Both the position numbers and the translations under genes were made by a program. Shown in pieces: positions 1 to 10,143 of a stretch of DNA of 64,000 nt; position 1 is the stretch's first letter; each line of letters opens with the position of its first letter. A model generated the notes under the pieces. It worked only from the letters and a program-made list of their open reading frames with translations. It did no database searches and had not been told where the DNA came from. This stretch comes from a bacterium. GTDB lineage: Bacteria; Patescibacteriota; Minisyncoccia; Phycocordibacterales; CAIZLB01. The stretch is taken from assembly GCA_027490575.1 (NCBI GenBank), contig JAIXXV010000032.1, forward strand, positions 13,211-77,210, given 5' to 3'.

Positions 1-191
1 TGGCACCTTATCTCCATAAGTGAAATCTTCACCGCCGTTCATATCCGGGTGCTCTAGAGTCTGAAGCACAATATCTGCACCAAACTTATTTATCTTAAAA
101 GGTGAATTTTTAGATGGAGGATTGATAGCTATAGTCAAATCTCCATATTGAATCTTAAAACATTCGTGTCCAAAGTATGTAACAATCATAT
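1..191 (-). CDS. Partial (N-terminal part, truncated by window edge) MBL-fold metal-dependent hydrolase (UPF0173-like)
   Basis: Reverse-strand translation from ATG at 189-191 reads MIVTYFGHECFKIQYGDLTIAINPP..., resembling the N-terminus of UPF0173/MBL-fold hydrolases (MKITYLGHSCF). Truncated by the window edge and absent from the ORF track. Confidence 0.4.
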
Positions 192-292
192 GCCGACTAT
201 TTTACATTAGTTTTGAAAATGGTGCTAGTTGATGCGTATTTACGCATTCTAGATAAACATACTCAAACTGTAAATCAACTGTACATCAACTG

Positions 293-322
293 TACATCCC
301 GCCATTTTTATGTATAATACTG
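293..322 (+). promoter_or_regulatory. Putative sigma70-type promoter for rpsA (TGTACA -35-like, extended TGTATAAT -10)
   Basis: TGTACA, a 16-nt spacer, then TGTATAAT lie about 90 nt upstream of the rpsA ATG. A TGTACA tandem repeat and the 16-bp perfect palindrome ATGCGTATTTACGCAT (232-247) sit just upstream. Confidence 0.35.
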
Positions 323-413
323 GGACAATCTTTTATTAACCGAAAGTACGTGTAATCCCTGCTGTGCCATTCAGTCAATCCATGCAGAAGCTCGTATTTT
401 CAAAAACTAACAA

Positions 414-1541
414 ATGACAAATACAAAAGATTTGGAAAATGTGTCAGTTTCTAAAGAAGAAATGGCTCAGGCTCCCGTAAACCCAACGTACATGGGTAAA
501 CTATTAGCAGATACAGCCAATCCACCTAGTGTTGGAGACCTTGTAGAGGGTCCGGTTATCGCCATCGACAAAAAAGGTGTATTCATAGACCTGAAGCCGT
601 ATGGTACTGGTATTATCTTCGGAAGAGAGTACATCAACGCCAGAGATATCATCAGAAAGGTAAATGTTGGTGACAATATTGCCGCTAAGGTTGTAGAAAT
701 CAGTAATACTGATGGATACGTAGAACTTTCACTTAAAGAAGCTAAACAAGCCCTTATTTGGAATGAGGCTGAAGACGCTATCAAGTCAAAAGTCACATTT
801 GATATACCTGTACTTGAAGCAAACAAAGGAGGTCTACTACTATCATGGCAAGGTATTCACGGATTCCTTCCAGCATCTCAACTTAAAGCTGATCACTACC
901 CACGTGTAGAAGATGGTGATAAAGACAGAATCCTAGAAGAACTAAAAAAGCTTGTAGGCCAAAAGCTTTCAGTTACTATCATTGGTGCATCTCCAAAAGA
1001 AGGTAAACTTATCTTCTCTGAGAAAAACCCTGAGACTAAGGAGAAAGAACAAGCAGCTGGTAAGTACTCTGTAGGTGATGAAGTTGAAGGTACTGTTACA
1101 GGTGCAGTTGATTTCGGAGTCTTTATCAAGATAGAAGAAGGTCTAGAAGGACTTGTTCACATATCTGAGATAGACTGGGCACTTGTTGAGGACCCTAGAC
1201 TTCTATACAAAGTCGGAGACAAAGTTAAAGTTAAGGTTATAGAAATCAAAGACGGCAAGATATCTCTATCTATCAAGGCTCTAAAGGAAAATCCTTGGAA
1301 AGAAGCTGAGAAGAAATACAAGAAAGACGATATCGTTAAAGGTGTTGTTATCAAATTCAACAAGCACGGTGCACTTGCTAGTATCGAAGAAGGTGTTGCA
1401 GGACTTGTACACGTTTCAGAATTCGGTAGTGATATCAAACTTAGAGAAAAACTAGAGCTAGGAAAGATTTACACATTCAAGATCAATCTATTTGATGCAA
1501 AAGATCAAAAGATGGCGCTTGGGTTTGTCGACAAAAAATAA
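414..1541 (+). CDS. rpsA: 30S ribosomal protein S1 (short, multi-S1-domain form)
   Basis: Repeated S1-domain signatures (GDxVxGxVxxIxxxGxFIDL, KVGDKVKVKVIEIK, VKGVVIKFNKHGALASIEEGVAGLVHVSE). A hairpin plus T-run follows. Confidence 0.8.
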   Translation: MTNTKDLENVSVSKEEMAQAPVNPTYMGKLLADTANPPSVGDLVEGPVIAIDKKGVFIDLKPYGTGIIFGREYINARDIIRKVNVGDNIAAKVVEISNTDGYVELSLKEAKQALIWNEAEDAIKSKVTFDIPVLEANKGGLLLSWQGIHGFLPASQLKADHYPRVEDGDKDRILEELKKLVGQKLSVTIIGASPKEGKLIFSEKNPETKEKEQAAGKYSVGDEVEGTVTGAVDFGVFIKIEEGLEGLVHISEIDWALVEDPRLLYKVGDKVKVKVIEIKDGKISLSIKALKENPWKEAEKKYKKDDIVKGVVIKFNKHGALASIEEGVAGLVHVSEFGSDIKLREKLELGKIYTFKINLFDAKDQKMALGFVDKK

Positions 1542-1570
1542 AAATCTTCGCAACTATTTTTAGAGAACAA

Positions 1571-1600
1571 AACCTCGAAACAATCGGGGTTTTTGTTTTT
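1571..1600 (+). terminator. Intrinsic terminator after rpsA
   Basis: Hairpin CCTCGaaacaatCGGGG followed by TTTTTGTTTTT. Confidence 0.5.
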
Positions 1601-1784
1601 CCTAATACTAGTAAATGCTATTTGATGGCCATATTTAAGCCCTATCTTGAGCCACATTTTGTATTTGACAAGCCATATAGTGCTGGTATAATACTATTCC
1701 AGTACAAGGCGCAAGTTTTGTACAACCTCAACAATTTAGAAGGTGTTCATGTGATCACCTTAGCACCCGAATTGAAAGGCGGGT

Positions 1785-1991
1785 TTGAACATTATGGCAG
1801 CCATGTTTAACGACGGAAGACCTATTCAAAACGTCTTCCAAGTAAGTCAGAGAGCATTGCTTTCGGAGGAAAGCCTACTTCTTGAAGAAATGAGAGAAGC
1901 ATCACTTGCTGATTTCCATCCAGTTCACGCTGGATTCGCTGGTGCCCTCGCACTAATTCTGGAGGTAGGTGCCGACGACAACGAACTCTGA
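1785..1991 (+). CDS. Small hypothetical ORF (62-68 aa) in a GC-richer patch, followed by a strong terminator
   Basis: ORF ends ...GADDNEL. The terminator is at 2012-2050. No family recognised; this could instead be an ncRNA. Confidence 0.25.
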   Translation: MNIMAAMFNDGRPIQNVFQVSQRALLSEESLLLEEMREASLADFHPVHAGFAGALALILEVGADDNEL

Positions 1992-2011
1992 GCCTCAAAA
2001 GCTCCCAATAG

Positions 2012-2050
2012 CCGACTCTCACCCTCGTGGTGGCAGTCGGCTTTTTTTAT
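2012..2050 (+). terminator. Intrinsic terminator
   Basis: GCCGACTCTCACCCTCGTGGTGGCAGTCGGC followed by TTTTTTTATTT. Confidence 0.6.
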
Positions 2051-2087
2051 TTCCCAAAGATTGCTACTGGTCAGACTCACACTTAAA

Positions 2088-2699
2088 CTAACCCTGATTA
2101 AACTCACCCATTGCCTTTTCCCTACCTTCACTTATACACATGTAAATTGCTTCTGCGACTTTTTTTGATATTTTCTTTATCTCATCAAACTCAGCTGGCT
2201 TGAACTCACCTACTATAAAATCCATGATTTTATCTGAACCTGGCTTTTTGGGTTTACCAGAAGGAGTTGTTGGACATATGCCGACTTTTATTCTGGCAAA
2301 TGCTTCTGTCTTTATAGCTTTTTTTATTGACTCTATACCCCTGTGCCCACCTGATCCTCGATTGAAAAGTATTTTTATCTTTCCAATGGGCATATCTAGG
2401 TCGTCTTGCACGACTATCAGCTTTTCAGCTTTTTTTGCACTTGTCACCAAGGGTGCGACACTGGCACCAGACTTGTTCATATAGGTCTCAGGTAAAACGA
2501 GAGTGACTTTTTCTACACCTGTTTTTGCGTTTTCTGAATCAATCTCATCTTGAGAAATCATTGCCGAATACTTAGAACTTTTTACAAACTCAGGAAACTT
2601 ATACTTTTTTGCAAATTGTTCAACTCCAATACGACCAGCATTATGTCTGGTATTTTTGTACTCTTCACCTGGGTTTCCTAGTCCAACGACAATATACAT
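2088..2699 (-). CDS. pth: Peptidyl-tRNA hydrolase
   Basis: N-terminus MYIVVGLGNPGEEYKNTRHNAG matches the Pth signature (GLGNPG...RHN). Confidence 0.9.
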   Translation of the reverse strand: MYIVVGLGNPGEEYKNTRHNAGRIGVEQFAKKYKFPEFVKSSKYSAMISQDEIDSENAKTGVEKVTLVLPETYMNKSGASVAPLVTSAKKAEKLIVVQDDLDMPIGKIKILFNRGSGGHRGIESIKKAIKTEAFARIKVGICPTTPSGKPKKPGSDKIMDFIVGEFKPAEFDEIKKISKKVAEAIYMCISEGREKAMGEFNQG

Positions 2700-2751
2700 A
2701 TTATTTTATTTATATTTTGATTATAACATAAAAGTGTAGTATCATGCTGAT

Positions 2752-3303
2752 ATGAGTTTTTTATCAAGACAATTTAAAGAGTGGCGTTATACGATTTTGC
2801 TTTTCATTGTATTGATATCTATCCGACTATTTGTTGCAGAGCCATTTCTAGTTTATGGAAGTTCTATGGATCCCACGTTTACATCCGGTGATTATCTGGT
2901 GGTTGATGAGATAAGTTACAAGCTAGAAAATCCAAAGAGAGGTGAAGTCATAGTTTTCATACCACCATATGACAACACCAGACATTTTATAAAAAGGATT
3001 ATAGGGCTTCCAGGTGAGACAGTTATAGTTGATGGTTCAGTTATAAAGATTATAAATGACCAGAATCCAAAAGGATTTATCTTGGATGAGCCATATGTAA
3101 AGTTCCAGAGCAATAGAAAATCCACAGTAAAACTCAGCGAAAATGAGTATTATGTGGCTGGTGACAACAGAAATGTCAGCTACGACTCTAGAAGCTGGGG
3201 TGCCTTGCCATCTGAGAATATTACTGGTAGAGCATTATTGAGATTGTATCCTTTCCAAAGTATAGGTATACTCCCTGGAAATGAGCACATTACGGCTGAA
3301 TAA
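2752..3303 (+). CDS. lepB: Signal peptidase I
   Basis: N-terminal TM segment, the catalytic Ser motif GSSMDPTF, a Lys-box region and GDNRNVSYDSRSWG. Confidence 0.85.
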   Translation: MSFLSRQFKEWRYTILLFIVLISIRLFVAEPFLVYGSSMDPTFTSGDYLVVDEISYKLENPKRGEVIVFIPPYDNTRHFIKRIIGLPGETVIVDGSVIKIINDQNPKGFILDEPYVKFQSNRKSTVKLSENEYYVAGDNRNVSYDSRSWGALPSENITGRALLRLYPFQSIGILPGNEHITAE

Positions 3304-3432
3304 GGGCCAAATCCTGCATAATAGCCTTACATAGGCCGCAGACAGCTCAATGCAGGGCCAAGGGTCCAGATTTAGACGCAATATCGGACACAGCATATAG
3401 CTGGATTTAGCATAAATAAATCAAACAAAAAA

Positions 3433-4713
3433 ATGGCTGAGAAGAAAACAAAAAGCAAAACTGACCAAAAAAACATTTTGACTGATAAAAACCCAATTTT
3501 CAAAGGACATGAACATGCAAGCCACACTGCAAAACACTATGGCTTTCACCCATTTGCAGGACTACAGGTAGAAAAACAAGACCTGGTAAAAGCTAAAAAC
3601 TTCAAAGATAGTAAGAAAACCGCCTTCAACGACAAGGACTCTCTTTTGAGTTTTGATAAGTTACTTGAAGAGAAGATTGCCATCATGAGAATGTATGTCG
3701 AGAAACAAATGGCTGACATTCATCAACCACCGATGATTTCATACAGTGGTCCTCTTACTGGAAACCCTCATGCATCTGATAAAACTAAACTCAAGACATT
3801 TAACCTTGATATAGTTGCCAATCCAAAAAGTATTGCCGATGCACTAGTTATCGAAACAGCTTTTGTTATTTTGAAAGAGCAGATTGATGCTGATTCTGAG
3901 TTAATGATTGAGATAAACTCTATTGGAGATAAAGAATCATTCCAAAAATTCACTAAAGACTTGATAGTATTTTCAAAAAAGAGAGCGCCGGATATGCCGA
4001 CTAGCATCAGGCAAGCATTTAAGAAAGACCCTTTTACTTTGTACTCATGTAAAGACGAAGAGTGTCTAGCTATACAAGAAGAGGCTCCAAAGCCCATGAG
4101 CTACCTTTCAGAAGAAAGTCGTGATCATTTTAGAGAAGTACTTGAGTATATTGAGTCATTGTCTATCCCCTACACCATCAATCATTCACTTATAGGCAGT
4201 AGACACTATTCTTCTGGGACAATATTTCAAATCGTGAAAGTTCCGAAAGCAGGCAAAGGTCCAAAAGATGGCAAGATAAAAAGAGAGGTATTGGCTATTG
4301 GCGAAAGATACAACAATGTATCAAAGAAAGCTTGGAACAAAAAAGAAGTTCCTGCTGTTGGTGTAACAATGCTAATAGATGAAAAAGCTATAAAGAATCT
4401 ACCACCAAAAAAGATTATCATTGAAGAGGCAAAGTTTTACTTTATACAGCTTGGTTATGATGCAAAGCTAAAGAGTCTTTCTATTATAGAAATGCTTCGT
4501 GTTGCAAATATCCCTGTTCATCAATCTCTATCTAGAGATAAGATAACGAGCCAGCTTGCTGCCGCGGAGAAACTAAACGTACCGTATATCATCTTGCTTG
4601 GCCAAAAGGAGGCTATAGAAAACAGTGTAACTATTAGACATGTCCAGACTAGAGTACAGGAAACAGTAAAACTCCATGAACTAGTGGATTATATAAAGAA
4701 ATTATTAAAATAA
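3433..4713 (+). CDS. Histidyl-tRNA synthetase family protein (divergent HisS/HisZ-like)
   Basis: IGERYNNV...VPAVGVTMLIDE resembles class-II HisRS motif 3 (GGGRYD...vPavG). The C-terminal anticodon-binding-like segment is VPYIILLGQKEAIENSVTIRHV. Motif 2 is not obvious. Confidence 0.55.
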   Translation: MAEKKTKSKTDQKNILTDKNPIFKGHEHASHTAKHYGFHPFAGLQVEKQDLVKAKNFKDSKKTAFNDKDSLLSFDKLLEEKIAIMRMYVEKQMADIHQPPMISYSGPLTGNPHASDKTKLKTFNLDIVANPKSIADALVIETAFVILKEQIDADSELMIEINSIGDKESFQKFTKDLIVFSKKRAPDMPTSIRQAFKKDPFTLYSCKDEECLAIQEEAPKPMSYLSEESRDHFREVLEYIESLSIPYTINHSLIGSRHYSSGTIFQIVKVPKAGKGPKDGKIKREVLAIGERYNNVSKKAWNKKEVPAVGVTMLIDEKAIKNLPPKKIIIEEAKFYFIQLGYDAKLKSLSIIEMLRVANIPVHQSLSRDKITSQLAAAEKLNVPYIILLGQKEAIENSVTIRHVQTRVQETVKLHELVDYIKKLLK

Positions 4714-4833
4714 TATTAAGAAAGGCTCAAATATACCTAAATATATCTTTACGGCGCATTAGGATTGCTAGAATTGGTAATAATTCTATATGATTTGCAA
4801 GAATTAGCCATTCATGATATATTTTGAAACCAT

Positions 4834-5076
4834 ATGATAAACGTTAATATCCAGAAGAACCCAACAGAAAGTGCTGCTTCTATTTTGAGAAGATTTACTA
4901 AGAAAGTACAAGAGTCAGGTGTACTTAACAGAGTTAGATCTATCAAATACGCAGAGAGAAACCTTTCATACTACAAAAAGAAAAAAGGTGCTCTTGAAAA
5001 GCTTAAAAGACAACTTGAAAGAGAGAACTTGATCAAGCTTGGAAAACTCACAGTTGTTACAAGAAAAGGTAGATAG
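4834..5076 (+). CDS. rpsU: 30S ribosomal protein S21
   Basis: SILRRFTKKVQESGVLNRVRS...YAER...RQLERENL parallels bS21 ([21 protein letters not shown]..YEKP..). Confidence 0.75.
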   Translation: MINVNIQKNPTESAASILRRFTKKVQESGVLNRVRSIKYAERNLSYYKKKKGALEKLKRQLERENLIKLGKLTVVTRKGR

Positions 5077-5164
5077 TTGGTCACTAGATAACTAAGTTCA
5101 CTTATCTAGTATAAGTGTCTTCAAGCCTTAGTGCTGTCTAAAAGTCATAGTCAAAGTTACAATT

Positions 5165-5569
5165 ATGAATACTTTATACACACAAGACACATTCGAAATA
5201 TCTACAACCGTAAAAAAGGCGCCTAAGATTGATGGCGCTCTTTTTTATAAGTTAAAAAACCATGTTTTAGGTAAGAACTATGACCTGAGTTTTGTTTTTA
5301 TCGGACAAAAGCGTATGAGACACCTGAATAACACTCATAGACGAAAAGATTATGCGACTGATATTTTGAGTTTTACTATTGATAATGAGAACGGAGAAAT
5401 ATTTATTTATCCAAAAAAAGCAGAACAAAAATCAAAAGATTTTGATAAAACTTTTAAAGAATATTTACCTTTTTTATTTATCCACGGGTTAATGCATTTG
5501 AAAGGATTCGAACATGGTAGTATTATGGATAGTGAAGAAGCTCGAGTTAGAAGCTTGTTCAAAGTTTAA
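5165..5569 (+). CDS. ybeY: Endoribonuclease YbeY (rRNA maturation factor)
   Basis: HGLMHLKGFEH matches the YbeY zinc-binding motif H-x3-H-x5-H. Confidence 0.8.
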   Translation: MNTLYTQDTFEISTTVKKAPKIDGALFYKLKNHVLGKNYDLSFVFIGQKRMRHLNNTHRRKDYATDILSFTIDNENGEIFIYPKKAEQKSKDFDKTFKEYLPFLFIHGLMHLKGFEHGSIMDSEEARVRSLFKV

Positions 5570-5593
5570 ATAATCTTTTCAAGAAATATACAA

Positions 5594-6781
5594 ATGGCAT
5601 TAGGTCGAAATACAGCTGTCGGCATTGACGTAGGAACTCATCAAGTAAAAGTGATCGTCGGTGAATCTGACCCTAAAAATGAAAAATCTATGCCTCGAAT
5701 CATTGGCTCTGGTATCGCAGAATCAAAAGGTATTCGTCATGGATTTGTAACAAACGTTGATGATATTGCAAAGAGTATCAGGACAGCGGTATCTATGGCC
5801 GAGAAATCATGTGGTTCCCCTATCAAAAAAGCCTATATATCAGTAGGTGGTGTAGGACTAGGTGCCATCATATCTTTTGGAAGTGTAGCAACCACCAAAG
5901 CAGACTCAGAGATCACAGAGCTAGATATCAAACGTGCCATAGAGGAGAGCGAAAAGGAGCTACCAAACACATACATACAAAACAGAAAGATTATACATAC
6001 AGTACCGCTCGAGTTTAGAGTAGACGGAAAAAGGATACTGGGCAGACCTGTTGGCCTAAAGGGCGTCAAACTAGAAGTGAAAGTTTTATATATCACATGT
6101 CTATCGCACCACCTCAACGACTTACTATCTGCATTTGACGAAGCAGACATAGAAGTTCTAGACGTCACAGCTTCACCTATAGCAGCAAGTCTTGTCACCC
6201 TAAGTAAAACTCAAAAGATTGCAGGTTGTATACTAGCTAACATTGGCGCTGAGACTACATCTATCATAGTATTTGAAAACAACACACCAGTTTCTATGGA
6301 GGTATTTCAGATAGGTTCAAATGATATAACCAACGACTTGGCATTAGGTCTCAAGATATCAATAGAAGAAGCCGAGGATATAAAGCGAGGTACAGGACGC
6401 ATTGGAGAATTTTCAAAAAGAAAGATTGAGGAAATCATCGTCGCTCGTCTATCAGACATATTTGACCTAATAGAAGATCACCTAAAACGTATAGATAGAA
6501 ACGGCCTACTTCCAGCAGGTATCATCATGACAGGTGGAGGATCAAATATCCACAGTATCGAAGAGTTAGCAAAAGTAACACTTAGACTACCTTCAAAACA
6601 ATCAAGGCTGCGCTTCGAAGGAAACATAAAAAACATGCAAAATGACACTGAATGGGCGGTTTGCTATGGTTTAGCCCTTTTGAACCTTACAGACACTCCA
6701 GGAGACGATTTTAAGCCTTTAAACGAGTTTAAAAAGGTCAGTAGATTCATGATTAGATTCTTTAAGAAGTTTCTACCTTAG
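5594..6781 (+). CDS. ftsA: Cell division protein FtsA
   Basis: Actin-like ATPase N-terminus VGIDVGTHQVKVIVGE, MTGGGSNIHSIEELAK near the C-terminus, and a position directly upstream of ftsZ. Confidence 0.8.
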   Translation: MALGRNTAVGIDVGTHQVKVIVGESDPKNEKSMPRIIGSGIAESKGIRHGFVTNVDDIAKSIRTAVSMAEKSCGSPIKKAYISVGGVGLGAIISFGSVATTKADSEITELDIKRAIEESEKELPNTYIQNRKIIHTVPLEFRVDGKRILGRPVGLKGVKLEVKVLYITCLSHHLNDLLSAFDEADIEVLDVTASPIAASLVTLSKTQKIAGCILANIGAETTSIIVFENNTPVSMEVFQIGSNDITNDLALGLKISIEEAEDIKRGTGRIGEFSKRKIEEIIVARLSDIFDLIEDHLKRIDRNGLLPAGIIMTGGGSNIHSIEELAKVTLRLPSKQSRLRFEGNIKNMQNDTEWAVCYGLALLNLTDTPGDDFKPLNEFKKVSRFMIRFFKKFLP

Positions 6782-7058
6782 TTACATAGGGCTACTTGTT
6801 GCACCTTGGCATATTTAGACGTCCTTTACATGTCTTTTAAAATACTTATATTTTAGGCAATACTTTGCCATTATTGTCGCCTTTTACATTTAAAATGGTA
6901 GTGGTATTATTGTCTCATATTAACCAGTGCGGTTGATTTGTCTGTTTGACTTTTACATGCTAGAAAAAACTTTATAAATAATTCATTATTTATAAGTATC
7001 ATTGTGTATGACAAGTTTAAGACATTGTCCGTAATTATTTCAGAATTTTATAAATACT

Positions 7059-8315
7059 ATGCCTCAAGTAAAACCAGAAATAGAAACATTCGCTAGAATC
7101 AAAGTCATCGGTATCGGTGGCTCAGGAAAAAACGCAACTAATCACATGATTAATGCGAAAGTTAAAAGTGTAGACTTCTTAGCTATCAATACTGATGCTC
7201 AAGATCTACACCACTCACTTGCAAAGAAAAAAATTCACATTGGAAAAAATCTAACACGAGGACTAGGTGCTGGTATGAATCCTGAAGTAGGTAAAAGAGC
7301 TGCTGAAGAAACAAAAGAAGAGATTCAAGAGGCTTTGAAAAACTCTGACATGGTGTTTGTTGCTGGAGGTCTAGGTGGTGGTACTTGTACTGGTGCTTCC
7401 CCTATCGTAGCAAAGATTGCTAGAGAGATGGGTGCTTTGACTATCGGTGTAGTTACAAAACCTTTCATGTTCGAAGGTCAATCTCGTATGAGACTTGCAG
7501 ACCAAGGCCTAGAAGAACTAAGTAAAGCCGTTGACGCTCTAGTAGTTATCCCTAACGACAAGCTTCTAGCCGCAGTTGGCAAAGACACTACTGCAAAGCA
7601 AGCTTTCAGTATGTGCGATGAGGTTCTTAGACAAGCAGTAGAGGGTATTTCAGACCTTATCACTATGCCTGGTACAGTCGGAAACATTGACTTTGCTGAC
7701 ATCAGAGCGGTCCTAGAGGACGCTGGATCAGCACTTATGGGTATTGGTAGTGCTAGTGGTGAAAAGAGAGCTGAGGAGGCCGCTAAAGCCGCTATCAGTT
7801 CCCCACTTATCGATATTTCTATCCATGGTGCCAAAGGAGTACTATTCTCTATCGCATCTGGAGACGACCTCACTATGTGGGAGATCCAGGAAGCTGCCAA
7901 GATCATTACTGACTCAGTTGATCCAAATGCCAAGATTATCTTCGGTACTGTAAAAGACGAAAAGCTCAAGAAAAATGAAATAAAGATCACTGTTATCGCC
8001 GCCAACTTCCCTGATTCATCAGCTTCTAGGAGATCATTTTCTATGAATCCAACTCAAGTAGTAGAGAGAGAAGAGATTGTTGAACCAAAAAGAGGTATAT
8101 TCAACTCATTTGGAGGAGGTTCATCTTCACAACCAGTACAGCAACAACCTCAGCCAGAACAAGCACCTGCTCCAGCTCCAGTGCACACACCTACTCAAGC
8201 AAGCCCTATAGTGGAGACAAAGCGCACTGAGGCTCCTACACCTATACAGACAGTACAAGATGATGACGACGAATGGGGTGCTGTGCCAGCGTTCCTAAGG
8301 AGAAGTAAGAAGTAG
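7059..8315 (+). CDS. ftsZ: Cell division GTPase FtsZ
   Basis: GIGGSGKNATNHMI and the tubulin signature GGLGGGTCTGASPIVAKIARE, with a disordered Q/P-rich C-terminal tail. Confidence 0.92.
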   Translation: MPQVKPEIETFARIKVIGIGGSGKNATNHMINAKVKSVDFLAINTDAQDLHHSLAKKKIHIGKNLTRGLGAGMNPEVGKRAAEETKEEIQEALKNSDMVFVAGGLGGGTCTGASPIVAKIAREMGALTIGVVTKPFMFEGQSRMRLADQGLEELSKAVDALVVIPNDKLLAAVGKDTTAKQAFSMCDEVLRQAVEGISDLITMPGTVGNIDFADIRAVLEDAGSALMGIGSASGEKRAEEAAKAAISSPLIDISIHGAKGVLFSIASGDDLTMWEIQEAAKIITDSVDPNAKIIFGTVKDEKLKKNEIKITVIAANFPDSSASRRSFSMNPTQVVEREEIVEPKRGIFNSFGGGSSSQPVQQQPQPEQAPAPAPVHTPTQASPIVETKRTEAPTPIQTVQDDDDEWGAVPAFLRRSKK

Positions 8316-8321
8316 TATTAA

Positions 8322-8420
8322 TAATAACCTTTTTCAAGAGAACAGAGATTTTCTGCTGAAAATCTCTTCTGTTCGTTACAACTACCAAGTCTCTTGAAAA
8401 AGGTTATTATTTTATATACA
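8322..8420 (+). terminator. Compound (nested inverted-repeat) terminator after ftsZ
   Basis: Outer inverted repeat AATAACCTTTTTCAAGAGA...TCTCTTGAAAAAGGTTATT encloses the inner hairpin GAACAGAGATTTTC...GAAAATCTCTTCTGTTC. Confidence 0.55.
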
Positions 8421-8573
8421 AAAGGAGACAACCGACACTTGCAACTCGCAAGCCTATCTAAAACACTTGTTTATCATTTAATGACAAGAACATTTGAAAC
8501 AACAATATTTACTGAATAAAAAAGAAGCTGGTGGGTTTGATTACCCTACCAGCTTTTTGATTTTGATTTTTGG

Positions 8574-8954
8574 TCAAGTGAAAGAACTTGCTGAGGAGCG
8601 GGATCTTTTGATAAAAACCAGCCTGCTAACAACTTGACCCAAGTACATAGCAGAAAAGGCCAGCATCATCCCTACAAATGAAGATATTGTTCGACTAAAA
8701 GCTATAACAACATCAGAATACGTGTATCCTAACTTGTGATACAAATCAAAAATACCAAGGTCTTTTGTCACCCTCCCGCCTGTCTCCTGCATTATATACA
8801 TGTAGATATACGGGTATCCGATATAGCTTTGGAAAATCCTGTATCCATTGTACCAAAGGCACAAAAATACAAGACAAATAATCACCTTGGCCAAATTGAT
8901 TGTGGTTGCTGTGACAAGTGGTTTATCCTCCATCAGGAATCGATGCTTGCTCAT
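8574..8954 (-). CDS. Hypothetical membrane protein
   Basis: 126-aa ORF with hydrophobic segments; no recognisable family. Confidence 0.3.
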   Translation of the reverse strand: MSKHRFLMEDKPLVTATTINLAKVIICLVFLCLWYNGYRIFQSYIGYPYIYMYIMQETGGRVTKDLGIFDLYHKLGYTYSDVVIAFSRTISSFVGMMLAFSAMYLGQVVSRLVFIKRSRSSASSFT

Positions 8955-9162
8955 ATTATATTAATTTTGGTTTTAATTTTGGTTTTTGAATTAGCGTTGT
9001 TTTTTATATTATTGTTTTTATTATTTTACTTGTGCTTGTTTATAGTTGTCTTTGTATGAAAATGTGCATTTAAATATGCATAGGAACAAAGAACAAAACT
9101 GCAATGAGAGTACATCTGTTATGGTACAAAATCAAGTGACGTGGTGACGAAAAAATTATATA

Positions 9163-10143
9163 ATGTGCTTTATGAATTCTTCAGAAAATATTTATGATCT
9201 TATCATTATTGGTGGTGGTCCTGCAGGCGTTGCAGCAGGTGTTTATGCATCTCGTAAAAAGCTTCGCACGCTCTTTTTGACAACAGACTTTTTAGGACAG
9301 AGCTCTGTTTCAGAAGGCATTGAAAACTGGATTGGTACTATCAAGATTAGTGGCACAGATCTATCAAAAGACCTTGAGGCTCATTTGCGTGCCTATGCTG
9401 GCGATATTGTGGATATAAAGACAGGTATATGGGTTAAGGATATCAAAAATCTCTCAGAACCTTCGCCTGCATCTACCCTATTTGAAGTAACAACAAAAGA
9501 CTATTCAGAAAAAGAAAGCTCGTACAAAGGCAAGACGGTACTTATAACCACTGGTAGTACACGTCGAAAACTTCCAGCTAAAAATGCTGATGTATTTGAG
9601 CATAAAGGTCTTACTTATTGTGCAACTTGTGATGGGCCTATCTTCTCTGGACAAGATGTTGCAGTCATCGGTGGAGGTAACGCTGCTTTTGAAAGTGCGG
9701 CTCAACTCGCTGCTTACTGTAAATCAGTGACTATAGTTAACCGTACTGACAAGTTTAGAGCTGACCCTGTTACAGTTGAGAAAGTTTGTGCTATGCCAAA
9801 CATGAAGGTTGTGACAGGTGTAGTTGTCGAAGAAATACTTGGAGATAAGTTTGTCAGTGGTTTTACATACAAAAAAGACGGATCAGATGTACTCGAGACA
9901 CTAGCGGTTACCGGTATCTTTGTGGAGATAGGACTAATACCAAACACTAGTTTCGCAAAGGAGGTAGTAGAGATAGACGCATATGGAAAGATAGCCGTTG
10001 ACCCTCGAACACAACAGACCAAAACAGCTGGCATATGGGCAGCTGGTGACTGTACAGATGGACTTTACCACCAAAACAACATTGCAGCAGGTGATGCAGT
10101 GAAGGCTTTGGAAGATATATATGTGAATTTGTTTACGAGGTAA
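9163..10143 (+). CDS. trxB: Thioredoxin-disulfide reductase
   Basis: FAD-binding GGGPAG, the redox-active CATCDG motif and the NADPH-binding GGGNAA motif. Confidence 0.88.
   Translation: MCFMNSSENIYDLIIIGGGPAGVAAGVYASRKKLRTLFLTTDFLGQSSVSEGIENWIGTIKISGTDLSKDLEAHLRAYAGDIVDIKTGIWVKDIKNLSEPSPASTLFEVTTKDYSEKESSYKGKTVLITTGSTRRKLPAKNADVFEHKGLTYCATCDGPIFSGQDVAVIGGGNAAFESAAQLAAYCKSVTIVNRTDKFRADPVTVEKVCAMPNMKVVTGVVVEEILGDKFVSGFTYKKDGSDVLETLAVTGIFVEIGLIPNTSFAKEVVEIDAYGKIAVDPRTQQTKTAGIWAAGDCTDGLYHQNNIAAGDAVKALEDIYVNLFTR

Noticed and set aside
1785-2050. Possible tmRNA (ORF ending ...ADDNEL next to a terminator)
   Set aside because: No tRNA-like T-arm/ACCA 3' end (no GGTTCGAATCC-type T-loop before the terminator), and the peptide does not end in the canonical ...LAA tag. 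More likely a small ORF or sRNA.
8950-9160. Extremely AT-rich stretch with the imperfect palindrome TGCATTTAAATATGCA upstream of trxB as a mobile-element end
   Set aside because: There are no flanking direct repeats or transposase. It is more simply an AT-rich promoter/operator region.
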